Assembly (NCBI RefSeq): GCF_021028975.2
Contig: NC_059438.1
Span: 25,172,001-25,236,000, forward strand
Direction: 5' to 3'
Source: Sphaerodactylus townsendi
Lineage: Eukaryota
DNA length: 64,000 nt
Shown here: positions 47,301 to 59,300 of the stretch, one piece after another
Layout: each line of letters starts with the position of its first letter
Position numbering within the stretch: position 1 is the first letter of the stretch
Notes under the pieces: model-generated
What the model was told of the DNA's origin: nothing
Seen by the model: only the letters and a program-made list of their open reading frames with translations
Databases searched by the model: none
Position numbers and translations under genes: made by a program

Positions 47301-50300
47301 GTTATAGCCCTTCCTTCCGTCTCCGGGGCTGGACTGGCATCCTCGTGGCCATCAGTGCCCCTTCTTCACCCCCACGGAACAGAGGCATATGGGTGGCCTG
47401 CAGGACACAGGTGGGTTCGCCTCCCTTCGCTCGCAGCCCTGCCAGGAGCTGGGATCCGCTTAACTGCAGGTGCCAGCTGGGAAACTCGCCCGCCCCTGCC
47501 CTCCTTGATACACGCGCCTCAGCCCCACTCTTTGCCCCCCACCTGCCCCACCCTGTGGCCTGGGTGCCCCGCTGTGCCCAGGCAGTGCCCCTGATGGAGC
47601 TGGAGCTGCCCTCGTTTGACCGGCCTGCCTGAGTCTGAAAGTGCCCTCCTGCTGCTCACCCAGCCGTAGCCCTCTGGCCGGGCGCCAAACCCCGTTCAAA
47701 TCCTGGCATCCTTCGTCAGAATCCTCCGGACTTCCTGCCCCATTGGCTGGGGGGGAGGGGGGCTGAGTGAGTCTTCTGGCACTCCCACTTCCTAGGTGTG
47801 TCAGCCCAAGAGCTATCCTGGGGCACTTTCTGGAGGGCAGGGCCATTCTCTGCCTGCTGAGTGCCTCTAGATCAAAGGCGGGGTGGGGTGGCGCTGAGCC
47901 TTTCCCAGCTCTTTTGTGGCCAATCTACTGCAGTGGAGGGATTTCTGGGATTGTGGCTCCCCCTCAGGCTTTGCTGGGGAGGGGGCAGGGGTGTGCACAC
48001 TGCAGCCCGGGCTGTGTGGACGGTCTGGACTAGCCAGGCATGCCACACAGGCAAGATTCTCCATTGGGCCAGAAATAGCTCAATCCCCCTTGGGGTGGGA
48101 GTGGGGAGCAGAGCAGATTGCCCCCACCCCCCAAGGGACCTGTTCTTCTCTGGTTGGGGGGGCAGACCCTGCTAGGAGACAAGAGAGCAGCCACACCTAT
48201 GTTGTTCAGTGGGGCTGGACTGTCCCTCCAGGGCCTGGTCTGTGGTGGGGAGTTGCTGGCTGACCTCCTCCTGGCCGAGGAAGAAAGAGTTGCTCCAGGG
48301 GCTGCGTCCTTGTCCAGGGCCAGAAGGGAGCTCTGTGGCCGGCCCGTGATGGGAGCTCTTTCGAGGCCACTTCTGCGTCCTCCGTTGTGCATTGAGAGCA
48401 GGGAAGGAAGGAAGGAGGCCTTGGCCCCAGCTCTTGGACAGGAGGAAGCCTTTTCCAGTAATGGCTCCTCCACTGAGTTCTGCTAGCGGCTGTTGTGGCA
48501 CTTAGAAGATCCCATTAAGTGATGAGCCATCGGCGGCAGCTTTGACCTCAGCAGAGCCTTCCTTGCTTGATGTGGGGCGCTTGGAAATCTACGCGCTGGC
48601 TGGAAGGGAGGGGTGGGGGGAGGGGTGGATAACTCCGCAGAGACAGGTCCTGCCAGCTGGGGGAGGGCCAGCTGGAGCTGCTGGGAAGAGCTTTCTTGTG
48701 ACTGGGGGGGGGGGTCTGAGCACCCCTTGCCTGCCCCAACCGCAACCAGCTCTGGTGGGTTTGTGGGTCGCAGGGAGTCATCTGCTGGCCGATGAGGAAT
48801 CTTTTGTGCCAAAGACGCCTTGCCAGACGGGTGCCTGGATCCTGCAGCGGAACTCCTGAACCCAACTCAGTGAAAGTCTCCCAACTGTCCTCTGGCCCAT
48901 TAAAAATCTTGCTTCAATCCCCCCCCCCCCCTTTTCGGCCTGCTTCTGACTTGCTGTGGCTTTTCCGGGCTCTTACTTTTCTGTTAACATAAGAACATAA
49001 GAACAAGCCAGCTGGATCAGACCAGAGTCCATCTAGTCCAGGACTCTGCTACTCACAGTGGCCCACCAGGTGCCTTTGGGAGCTCATGTGCAGGAGATGA
49101 AAGCAACGGCCTTCTGCGGCTGCTGCTGCTCCTGAGCACCTGGTCTGCTAAGGCATTGTTCTGCTTGCTGGTCTGGATTCTGTGCTGTTTCTGATGAAGT
49201 GATGCGGAGGAGGGTTTGTTGGGCCTTCTAGGGCATAGGTGTCAACCTCGCAGCCCTCCAGATGTTATGGACTACAGTTCCCATCATCCCTTGCCAGCAT
49301 CATGCTGGCAGGGGATAATGGGAACTGTAGTCCATAACATCTGGAGGGCCGCAAGGTTGACACCTGTGTTCTACGGGATAGCTGCATTCGTCACGGTGCT
49401 AAAACCAGCAGAGGGGCTGGGGTGGGGTGTTAGATTTGCCCACCTGTGAGCTAGTGGGCAGGTCCGGTGGAGGCCAGAGCAAAGGTCAAGCATCCCAGTC
49501 TGGCGCAGAGGAGTCTGTAGGATGACGTGTCTCCCCGATGTGGTGCCGGAGGGTGGCTTGTCCTTGTTGCCCAAACTGGGGGAGGGGATGTGTCAGAGGG
49601 TGGGGCCTGCAAGGAGCCCATTTGCAGGTGCCCATATGCATGGTCTTGGTTGAAGCTGAAGTAGCAAGATGGCACCAGTCTCTTGTGCACAGTGGAACCA
49701 GGAAACCAGCTTAGCAGAGACTGGCATCTTCTGGGAACTGGCCCACCTGTTCAGCCAGCTTCCGGTCATGCTGCTGATCTGTGGAGCATCCCCCCCGCCC
49801 TTGGTGTAAGCCTTTACTGGGTGGGCTCGTTGTGGACCCAAGAGCAGGTTACCAGTCAGGGCTAAACGGAGCAAGAGGGGTTTGCTTTTGTAGGGCGCCA
49901 GCTTAAGCCCCGAAGACCGTGTGCCGCGTGTGTCCATTTGGGACACTTGTTTATGTTTCGGTCTAGCTCGAGATGGCTTCTGACGATTGGCCAGAGAGGG
50001 ACTTCCAGATGTTCCTCTGCATTTTTTGCTGGCGTGTGCCATTGTTGGTCAGGCTGCTGCTGCCATTCTCAGCCTGCTCATGGCTGGCATTTATTTACTT
50101 CACTGTCTCTCCGAGGGGCTCATGTGTTCCCCACCCTCCACTTCAGCCTCACAGCAGCCCTGCAAGGGGCCTTGGGCAGCGAGGGAGGGAGGGAGGGAGG
50201 GAAGGGCAGTCCCAAGATCACTCGGCAGCCTTCCGTGTCAAAGGGGAGCTCTGAGCCTGGCTCTTCGTCTGACGTTCTACCGTCCTGCTGCAGAGGGCTG

Positions 50301-53300
50301 GGGCTCACCTGCCCCGTGTCAAGTTTGGGGAGGCAGCAGAGCCTGAGGGTTGCTGCTGGCTTTGGAAAAATGGAGACTGCAAGGGAGGCACCAGGGAGCC
50401 CCGTGTGGCTGGCAGGAGTCCTGAGTGGGGACAAGGATTGCCCAGAGTGTGGTTAAGCTTAGCCTGGCTGCCTTGCCCAATAGAGATGCCTGCCTGGGCC
50501 AGGATTTCTCCTGCTCTCTCCCCTCTGGAAGCAGTTCAAGGGCCCACTTAGTGAGTGTACACAGAGTCCTCCCCCCCCCTCCTTAAAGACAAACAAACCC
50601 CCTCCCCTCGCAAGATGCTATCTGCACTGGCAAGTCAAGGGCTAAGGTTTCCTGGCGGATTCCTTATCAGAGACACATTCCAATCTTCCCTTCTCCAAGC
50701 GGCGGCCCCTCATTTGGGGAACTTGTTCACACATGAGCCGAGGCAGGTCGGAGGATGGCTCGTCCAGATAATGATGGCTTAGACTCAGGAGGGCTTAAAT
50801 AAAGTGGACTTTGAGCTGCAGACGGCGGCTCCCAGCAAAACTGAGCACTGTCTGGTTAAGGGGCCGGGAGGGGGCCTCTCTTGCCTCCTTCATAAGTGGT
50901 TGTTTGGAGCCGTTCCCTGCCAGGCTGGGATCCAGGCCTCGTGTTAATAACGGCCCTGCCTCTTCCCCCTCCTCCAGTCCAGTTTGAAGGCTGCGCGGGA
51001 TGGAAGTTGGCACGGTACAGCACCGAGGATGCCAACTTCAGAGTGCTGGCGGATGGCACGGTCTTGGTGAAGCACCACACAAAGCTTCGTGGGGAGGAGA
51101 GGACCTTCGTGGTGCATGCCTGGGATTCCGCGGGCCCCAAATCCTCGGCCCTGGTGACTGTGAGGAACAAAGGCCCTCATTCTCCACAGGTAATGGGTAG
51201 AGAGCACCTGCCAGCCCTCCGGGGAACACGGGCGTCATGGCAACCTTTGTGCCTCAGCAGGCTGTTGTGGTGGAAACCATGCTCACGGGGCGGGCTGTTC
51301 CCCTGCAGGTTGGAAACACCTCTCTGGGGAGGGGCTCCCTCTGCCCAGAGCCAGGGGAGGGTTCTTCCTGTGGCAAAGATAGCTCTGGCCACCCCGGCCT
51401 TTGGAGCGGGGCTGCTGGGACTTCCTCCAGGGATCCCCAGCAACAGAGCGCCAGGGCAGCCCTGGTCCCCAGAGAACTTTTGCAGCGCAGAGAGAACTGC
51501 AGCCCTGTGTGAATTGGCAGCGCCGACTGCCAGCTGCGAAAGGCTTCTGGGCCGTCAAATTAAAATGCATTTCAACGCCAGTTTGTAGTTGTTAATAGAG
51601 GAAAACAAGGAACTCCCGAGTCTGCCTGGTTATGATTTCTCATTCAGCCAGGAATCCCTCAGTGTATCAGCAGCCCCTGGTTTGGGGTTTTTTTTTCTTT
51701 TCAAGACATTTTTCATCTGCCCCCCCCTCCAAAAAATCTCCTAATGTGCTTCTGCTTCATCATGAGCGGATTTGCAAGTACCCCCTTTGCCGCTCTGTAA
51801 CACTGGGGGCTGTCTTTGTCTCAAAATACAGCCCCTGCCTAATGTGGGGATCCCCCCCCCCCCGCAGCGTCCCTGGTATTCAGAAGTGCTTGTGCTGGGC
51901 CAGCCTGCCAATTTCTGGCCTTGGGCGTGGCCTGAGGAGTGTGGGCCAGTGGGAATTCCAGCCCTGGGGTGGCGTCTCATGGAAGCTTTCTCAGCCACTG
52001 GCCTTGGAAGCTTCAAACAAATGGCTCCTAGTCTAAATCTCCAGCGGGGGGGGGGGGATTTCAGGGCTGGGGAAGAACAAGCCCTCTCTGCAGGCTGGTT
52101 CGGTGGTGTTTTGGCTAAAGTTGCTCCATTGCAGTTTTATCATGAGAACCAGGAACTCCCGGCCCCTTTGTTATGGTCTCAGCCGCGGCTTGTCTGAGAA
52201 CTGTTTGTGCCGGAGGCCTGTTGCCAAAACTGGATCCTGATGTTTTGCGGGGGTGGGGCTGGGGGCTGGGTGGGGAATGTCTCCACAGGCCGTTGCTAAG
52301 GCTAGGGACCACTGTGTGGATGCTGGAGACCTGCGTGGCCTGGCGTCCGTCCAGCAGTTCCCGAGTGGTTCTCTTCCTCTGTTTCAAGCAGTGGTGCTCA
52401 GCAGGACTTGAGTGCTGGGTACGGACAGGGGAGCAGGTCTGTGAGATTCTTGCCCCCGTGGAAAACTCTGACCTTAGAGAGCCAGCCTGGTGTCGTGGCT
52501 AAGAGCAGGTGCACTCTAATCTGGAGAACTGGGTTTGAGTCCTCTCTCTGCTACTAGAGCTGTGGAGGCTTTATCTGGTGAACCAGATTAGCTTGTGCAC
52601 TCCAACACGTGCCAGCTGGGTGACCTTGGGCTAGTCACAGTTCTTTGGAGCTCTCTCAGTCCCACCCACCTCACAGGGAGAGGAGTTTGTAAGCCCTTTT
52701 GAGTCTCTTTACAGGACAGAAAGTGGGGACATAAATCCAACTCTTCCTCTTCTTTTGCAGGGGGAGTCTGATCCTGCCAATCAGACGGAGTTGCGGAGGT
52801 TTCCAGCCGCTGGGTCTGGCCTGAAGCGGCAGAAGAGGGATTGGGTCATCCCGCCCATCAGAGTCCCTGAGAACGAGAGGGGCCCCTTCCCCAAGAAGCT
52901 GGTCCAGGTACAGCCATGTCTTGAGAGGCCCCGTCTGGGAGTGGCTGCTGCTTCCATGCAGAGATGGTTGGGCCTGCATGTCTTCGGGGGGGGGTGTGTG
53001 TGTGTGTTGCAAAACAACAGACCCTCTTTCTCTGCTGAAGGAGCAGCCAAAGGGTCTGGCAGAGGCAACTCCTCTGCACTGTGTAAAGGGGAGGGGTATC
53101 GTGGCTTAGTGGGGGAGCCTTTGCATGGCCTGCCAACTGCTCTCAGTTCTGCCCCTCCCATTGGCAAGGAGGCGGGGTAGGGTCCAGGGAAAACTGTTCC
53201 TGCCAGAGCCCAGGAAGAGACACGGGAGGGACACGTGGACCTCGTGGATGCTGGGAGAGGAGACAGCTTTACCTGCCCAAAGGTAACTTCTGCCTGTTTT

Positions 53301-56300
53301 GGTTTCCTGGCTTCAGATCATGTCCAACAGGGTCAAAGTCGGCACGATTTTCTACAGCATCACTGGGCAGGGGGCGGACATGCCGCCCGAGGGAGTCTTC
53401 ACCATTGAGAAAGAGACGGGCTGTATGAAAGTGACCCAGCCGTTGGACAGAGAAGCCATTGACAAATACCACGTATGTGGCTGCTCCCTCTTGGGGTCTC
53501 TTGAGCAGGTGCTGGCGAAGGTGGCGTGTGCTGCAGGCTGTGCCTCCGTTTTGCTTGGGACCCAATGGGGGAGGCGCTCTGTCCCGAGCCAGGGTTGAGG
53601 TGGGGGGGGGGGGAAGGTTTCCCGGCTGTACGAGCTCTGTCCATGTTGGCCTTTGTCCTCCGTAGCTTTTCTCGCATGCTGTGTCTGAGAACGGAAAGCC
53701 TGTGGAGGAACCGATGGACATAATCATCACAGTCACTGACCAAAACGACAACCGGCCCCAGTTCACCCAGGAGGTCTTCCGAGGGTCCGTCTTGGAAGGA
53801 GCAACACCAGGTAAGGCGGAGGGTGGAGAATAGGAGAACGGGAGTGGAGAGAAACTAGAAAGACACCCCCACCTCCATTTGGTGTCTCTGGAAACAATTA
53901 GGATTTACTTTCTGGTGTGCTGTGGGGGACGTTAGTGAAATGTGTGCCCCCCCCTTACAATTGGGTTGCTCAGGTGTGGATTTTCGTACCCTTTCAATCA
54001 GTGCTTCCAGGTAAGTGAAGGTGCTCTTCCAGCTTAGTGTCTTGGAAGTACCTGTTGGTCCATTCTCAGAGGTGGCCATGGCCAGAGGCCTTTTAGCTCC
54101 ATCTTCCCTCATGGTAGCTGAGGAGCTTTTCTCAGGCCTTTTGTCCAAGTCCCATAGCCAAGGAAATGTTGATGTTTCCTTCAACGACACCCTGGCAGGT
54201 TAGGCCAAAACTTCTTGGGAAAAGCACCTGGTCTGTGAGGCATGAGAAGGCAGTTCAGAGAGAGCTGAAGAAATTTTCTGTGGCTCTTGGTCAGGAAAGT
54301 AATTGCATAGCATTCCATGGTTGGAGCAGAAAAACCAGAGCTGAAGAGGCGAAGGAGGTCATCAGAGCTTCTCTGCGCTTGGGAGGAGCCGTTGCTCTGG
54401 GCAGAGCACACATTTGGCTTGCTAAATTTTCGGGTTTTCCTGGCCCCTGAGAGTCCTCTGCTAGCTGGGCTGGGCGGCCCACAGATTCTGACAAGTGCTG
54501 TTGCCGGCCACAGCAGCCAATGTAGGCTGAATGGGCCAGGAATCCGACTGGGCCTGCATCACGCATTGCCTTTGCCTCTCCCCGCAGGGACCTCCGTGAT
54601 GCAGGTCACAGCCACGGATGCTGATGATGGCGTGGAGTCCTACAATGGGGTGGTTGCCTACTCCATCCTGAGCCAAGTGCCTGGCGAGCCTGAGAAGCAA
54701 ATGTTTGCCATCAACAGAGAGACCGGCGTCATCAGTGTGATTGCCAGTGGCCTGGACAGAGAGGTGAGACGCCCGGGGGCGGGGAAGATTTCTTCTGTGC
54801 TGAAGGAGAGAGGCACAGTCTGCTCCTAGGTGGCTGCCCGCAATAGGCACCCTCTTGCCAACTTGGATCAGCTGGCCAATGCTTCCTGTGCCCTTCTCCT
54901 TGGGCAGACGCCTTCTGAGCCACCTGCTGCCTCCTCCCGGTTGCTTTTTCCAAGCTTGTAAGAGGGTCATTGGGCTCAAAAGGAGCTGGAGTCTGCTGGG
55001 AGACGGCTTGTGCCCAGGGGCCCTTGCTTAAATGAAGCTGTGAATCTTGTCGAGTGGCTGTAGAACGAGAGTGTGTTCGTATAAACTGCTGATTTATTAC
55101 AAGCTGCTCCAAACCACAGGGAGAGGCAGGATAGAGGTGTTCAAACAGCTGACCCAGCTGCGTCCCTAAAGTGCTAGTTGGCTCGCAAATTCTGGGTGTT
55201 GCTACCCTGAGGCGGCTTCAGGGCCACCCGATGCTAGCCGCACCTTCCCGCAGCGGGCATGGCTGTGCTCAGTCCTAGAGTCCTGAGTTCAAGGGGTTCT
55301 CCCTGGGGAGCCACTGCCTATCAGAGGAGACAAGATCAAAGGTTGGTAGAAAGCTGTTTTATGCACGTGTTTGTGTCTTCCTGTTACTGAGGCTTGCGAG
55401 TCTGCTTTGGCTTGGAGGGGCAGATGGGGGGGGGGTCTCTTGTGCTGATGAGAGCCCCCGGGATTGGCGAATTGTGAGCTCTGCTGGGGGCTGTGTGGAA
55501 ACCTCATTCTTGCCCTCACTGGACCTCCTGCCTGCTCATCCGTCAGCAGTGGCGTTCCTACCTAGGGACATGGGGTACCCTTTGTCCCCGGGCGCCCCCC
55601 ATTTGGTCACGTTTGTATGTTTTTTACATTTTAAAGTGTTTTTTTCACGTTCCGGCCTGCAGGGGGCGCATTTTTAAGGCTAGCGGCACCAAAATTTCGG
55701 GGTACCACCCAGAGACTGTCCTGATGATACCACCCAAATTTGGTGATGTTTGGTTCAGGGGAAGCAAAGTTATGGACCCCCAAAGGGGGTGCCCCCATCC
55801 CCATTGTTTTCAATGGGAGCTAACCTGATTTGAGGGACAATAACTTTAGTCCTCCCTGAACATAGCGGGTGGCATCACTAAGTGATAACAGATGATACCC
55901 TGAAATTTTGGGGTCACTAGCACTAATAAAATCTTTACCGCTTACAAGGCACCAAAAAATTTGCCCAAGATTCTTTGTTTTGCAGTGACTTTGCTCCATT
56001 GTAACCGATGGGGCATTTCAGAGTGTGTAGGCAGGCTGCACATTTTTGAGGATAGAGGCACCAGACTTTCAGGGTGGCTCAGGAGGGCATCCTGCTAATT
56101 GCATCCAGGTTTGGAGACTTTTGCTTATGGGGGTTCGATTTTATGGGGCCCCCAAAGGTGCTCCTGCACATGAAAGCCTGTGGGCTGAGTTCTCCCCAGA
56201 ACTCTCTCAGCTTGGATGCTATTACTCAAGGTCTCTTGGAGCCACCTTGAAAGTCTGGTGCCTCTATCTTCAAAAATGTGCAGCCAGCTTACACACTCAG

Positions 56301-59300
56301 AAATTCCCCAAATTTGCCAGGCTCTTCCAGCAAGTTCTGTGGTGGGAAAAATTACTTTCCCCACCATAGACTTCAATGGGGCTATCTGTTATGCCCAGAT
56401 GGCTCTGTGGTAGAGGTTTCAACAGGAGGCACTGTGGTAGGGATGTTGCTCTGAGTGGGGGCATTTCCTGTACTAGGGCTGCTGGTGTGAGTCTCCTGAA
56501 AGGAACCAGCCAAATTTGCTAAAATGTGTGTGGGAAGAGGAAAATGCTGTGGGCACCGAGTTGAAGGTGAACTACAGCATTCGGCCATCACAGGCAAACT
56601 TTAGCAAAGTTGGCTGGTTCCTTTCAGGGGTCCTCAGCAACCCATGGCTGCCAAGGCCACTACCACAGTGCCTCCTGTTCCTACAAGCTGGGCAGAAAGC
56701 CCCATTGAAGTCCTATGGTGGGAAAAATATTACCACCACAAGGCTATCCCCATCATCTGGAGCTTGGGTGGGGCGGTTCTGGGGAATTTCTGAGTGTGTG
56801 GCAGTGACCCCACATTTTTGGCATAGGGCCTTGAGTAATAGCATCCAAGCTTGGTGGGAGCTTTGCTTTGGGGGGTGGGTGAGGAAGTTCTGAAGAACTC
56901 ACCCAGCAGGCTTCATGTGCAGAGAGCTCAAAATAAGCCTTTGGGGGCCCGCATAGGACAGAAGCAAAGGTCTCTAAGCCTGGATGCAATGCTTAGGATG
57001 CCACTCCTGGAGCCACCCTTGAAGAAGTCTGGTGCCTCTATCTTCAAAAATGTGCAGCCTGCCTCAGAAATTCCTCATTAGCTGCAGTGGAGCAAAGTCA
57101 CTGCAAAACGAATCTTCCAGGCTTAAAATTTTTTGGGGTGCCTGGAAGGGATGTATTTTTACAGCTAGTGACACCAAAATTTCAGGGTAACAACTGTTAG
57201 CTATTCTTATGATGCCACCCAAATTTTGGTAGAGGTTATGTTCAGGAGGTTGTCCCTCAAATGGGTAGCCCCCATCTCAGGTTAGCTCCCATTGAAAACA
57301 ATGGGGCACCCCCTTTGGGGAGTCCATAACTTTGCTCCTGAACAAACATCCTGTTGGGTCTCAAAATATCCATCGGACAATCTCTGGATGGTACCCTGAA
57401 ATCATGGTGCAACCCCAGCAAAATCATCTGCAGGCCGAAAAAATAACCCCAAATGCCCAAATTGCCAGTCATGGTGGGGGAGGGTGGCCCGCCAAACTCA
57501 GGTTTGTCCACGGGAAGCGGGGTTGCCTAGAATGCCCCCTGTCCGTCAGGCTAACTGGAATCTCTTTGTCTCTCTTCCAGAGAGTGAGGGACTACACACT
57601 CGTCTTACAAGCTGCTGACTTGGACGGCAAAGGGCTGACCACCACAGCATCTGCAGTGATAGAAATTGAGGACTCCAATGATAACGCCCCCCTGTTCAGC
57701 CCCTCAGTGGTAACGGCCCATCTTCCTTTGGTGCATTGGGGGAGGAGGGGAGGGGACTGCTTCTGACAATGACATTTCAAGGCAGCCTTAACAAAGCTGG
57801 TAAGGGATTGAGGGCAGTGGTGGGATCCAAAAATTTTAGTAACAGGTTCCCATGGTGGTGGGATTCAAACTGTGGCGTAGCGCCAATGGGGCTGGGCGGG
57901 GCATGACAGGGGCGTAGCCAGGCATTCTGGGGGCGGGGCATTCCTGGGCGGGGCTGTGGCAAGGACGCAGCTGCTGCCCCAGTCCTTCGGCGGGAAACGA
58001 ATTCACGCAGGCACAGGCTGCCACGCACGCCAGTGCACCTCCTGCTAGACTGCTTCAAGTTCTGCACGCTACTGCTGAGAGGAGGGGCGTAACTAAGGCA
58101 AAAATCACGTGACAAAATCACCAATTAGTAACCCCCTCTCGGCACACACAAATAATTAGTAACCTACTCTCGGGAACCTGTGAGAACCTGCTGGATCCCA
58201 CCTCTGATCGAGGGTGGATATTTTTTAGTGTAGACAGTTGAAGACCGACAATCGACTTTCTCCCTCCAGCTGCCATTGCCCCGGGGGTCTCCTCTGGCAG
58301 TCTAGGCCCAGGTGGGTCTGTGACTCTTGGCCACCTGGGGCTGTGTGGCCAAGGCATTACACAGAGCTGTGCTTGCCGGGTGTGGGTTGGGGATGGGCAA
58401 GGGCAAGGGCCCCTCCAAGGGGCTGGGTAGGTGTGGAGCAGGAAAGCAAGAGTTGATTTCTGCCCCCTCCCAAAGGGATAACCGCCTTCTTTCACGTCCC
58501 CCCTTCTGCCTCCCTGACTGGGTGAGTTGTGTACAATCTTGCCACGTGTTCTTGTGCTGATCCCTCACTGCTGATTTTGTGGTGTGTGGGGGACCTTAAG
58601 AGTGCCGTTTCGTAGTGCCGTCAGTTGTGTGTCTCAGCAGGACTCTTCCCTGATGGGAAATGCACTGTGTGTTGTATGTAAATCTTAAAATAAATGCCTC
58701 TGGGGTGATTGTGCTCTTTGCAGTACAGGGCAGAAGTGGCAGAGAATGAGGCTGATGCAGAGGTCCTTCGACTGTCTGTGGCAGACCTGGACGAGCCTGG
58801 CTCAGCTGCGTGGCGGGCTGTGTATGAAATTGTGCGCGGCAACGAAGGGGGCTTCTTCCGCGTGTCCACTGACTCAGAGAGCAACGAAGGTGTTGTGGAA
58901 ACGGCCAAAGTAAGTGCTGGGCTGGTGGAAGGGCGAAGTGAGGTGCTGGCGTTGAGCTGGCGAACGCTGTTAACGGGGAAATATTTCTCCCTTTCCCGCA
59001 TACAAGTTGCAAGACAGCCATCCAAGGGAGCTCTTGCTGGAGACAAAATAACTCCCAGTGGGGTACTGCCGAGGAGCTCCTGGGCTTCCTTTGCAGCTTC
59101 GCATTTCTTGCTCGTTAATACCGGACTCTTGAAAGCTTTTACCTCAAGAACCTTGTTGGTCTCTAAGGTGCTCCTGGACTCAAATCTAGTCCTCCTCCAG
59201 CTGCCCTCCTGAAACTATCCTGCTCTTGAGTTGCAGATATCAGGGGGCGGAACATTGAGGTTAATCTTCCGATAAAAGCAGCATTTTTTAGACCACAGCC

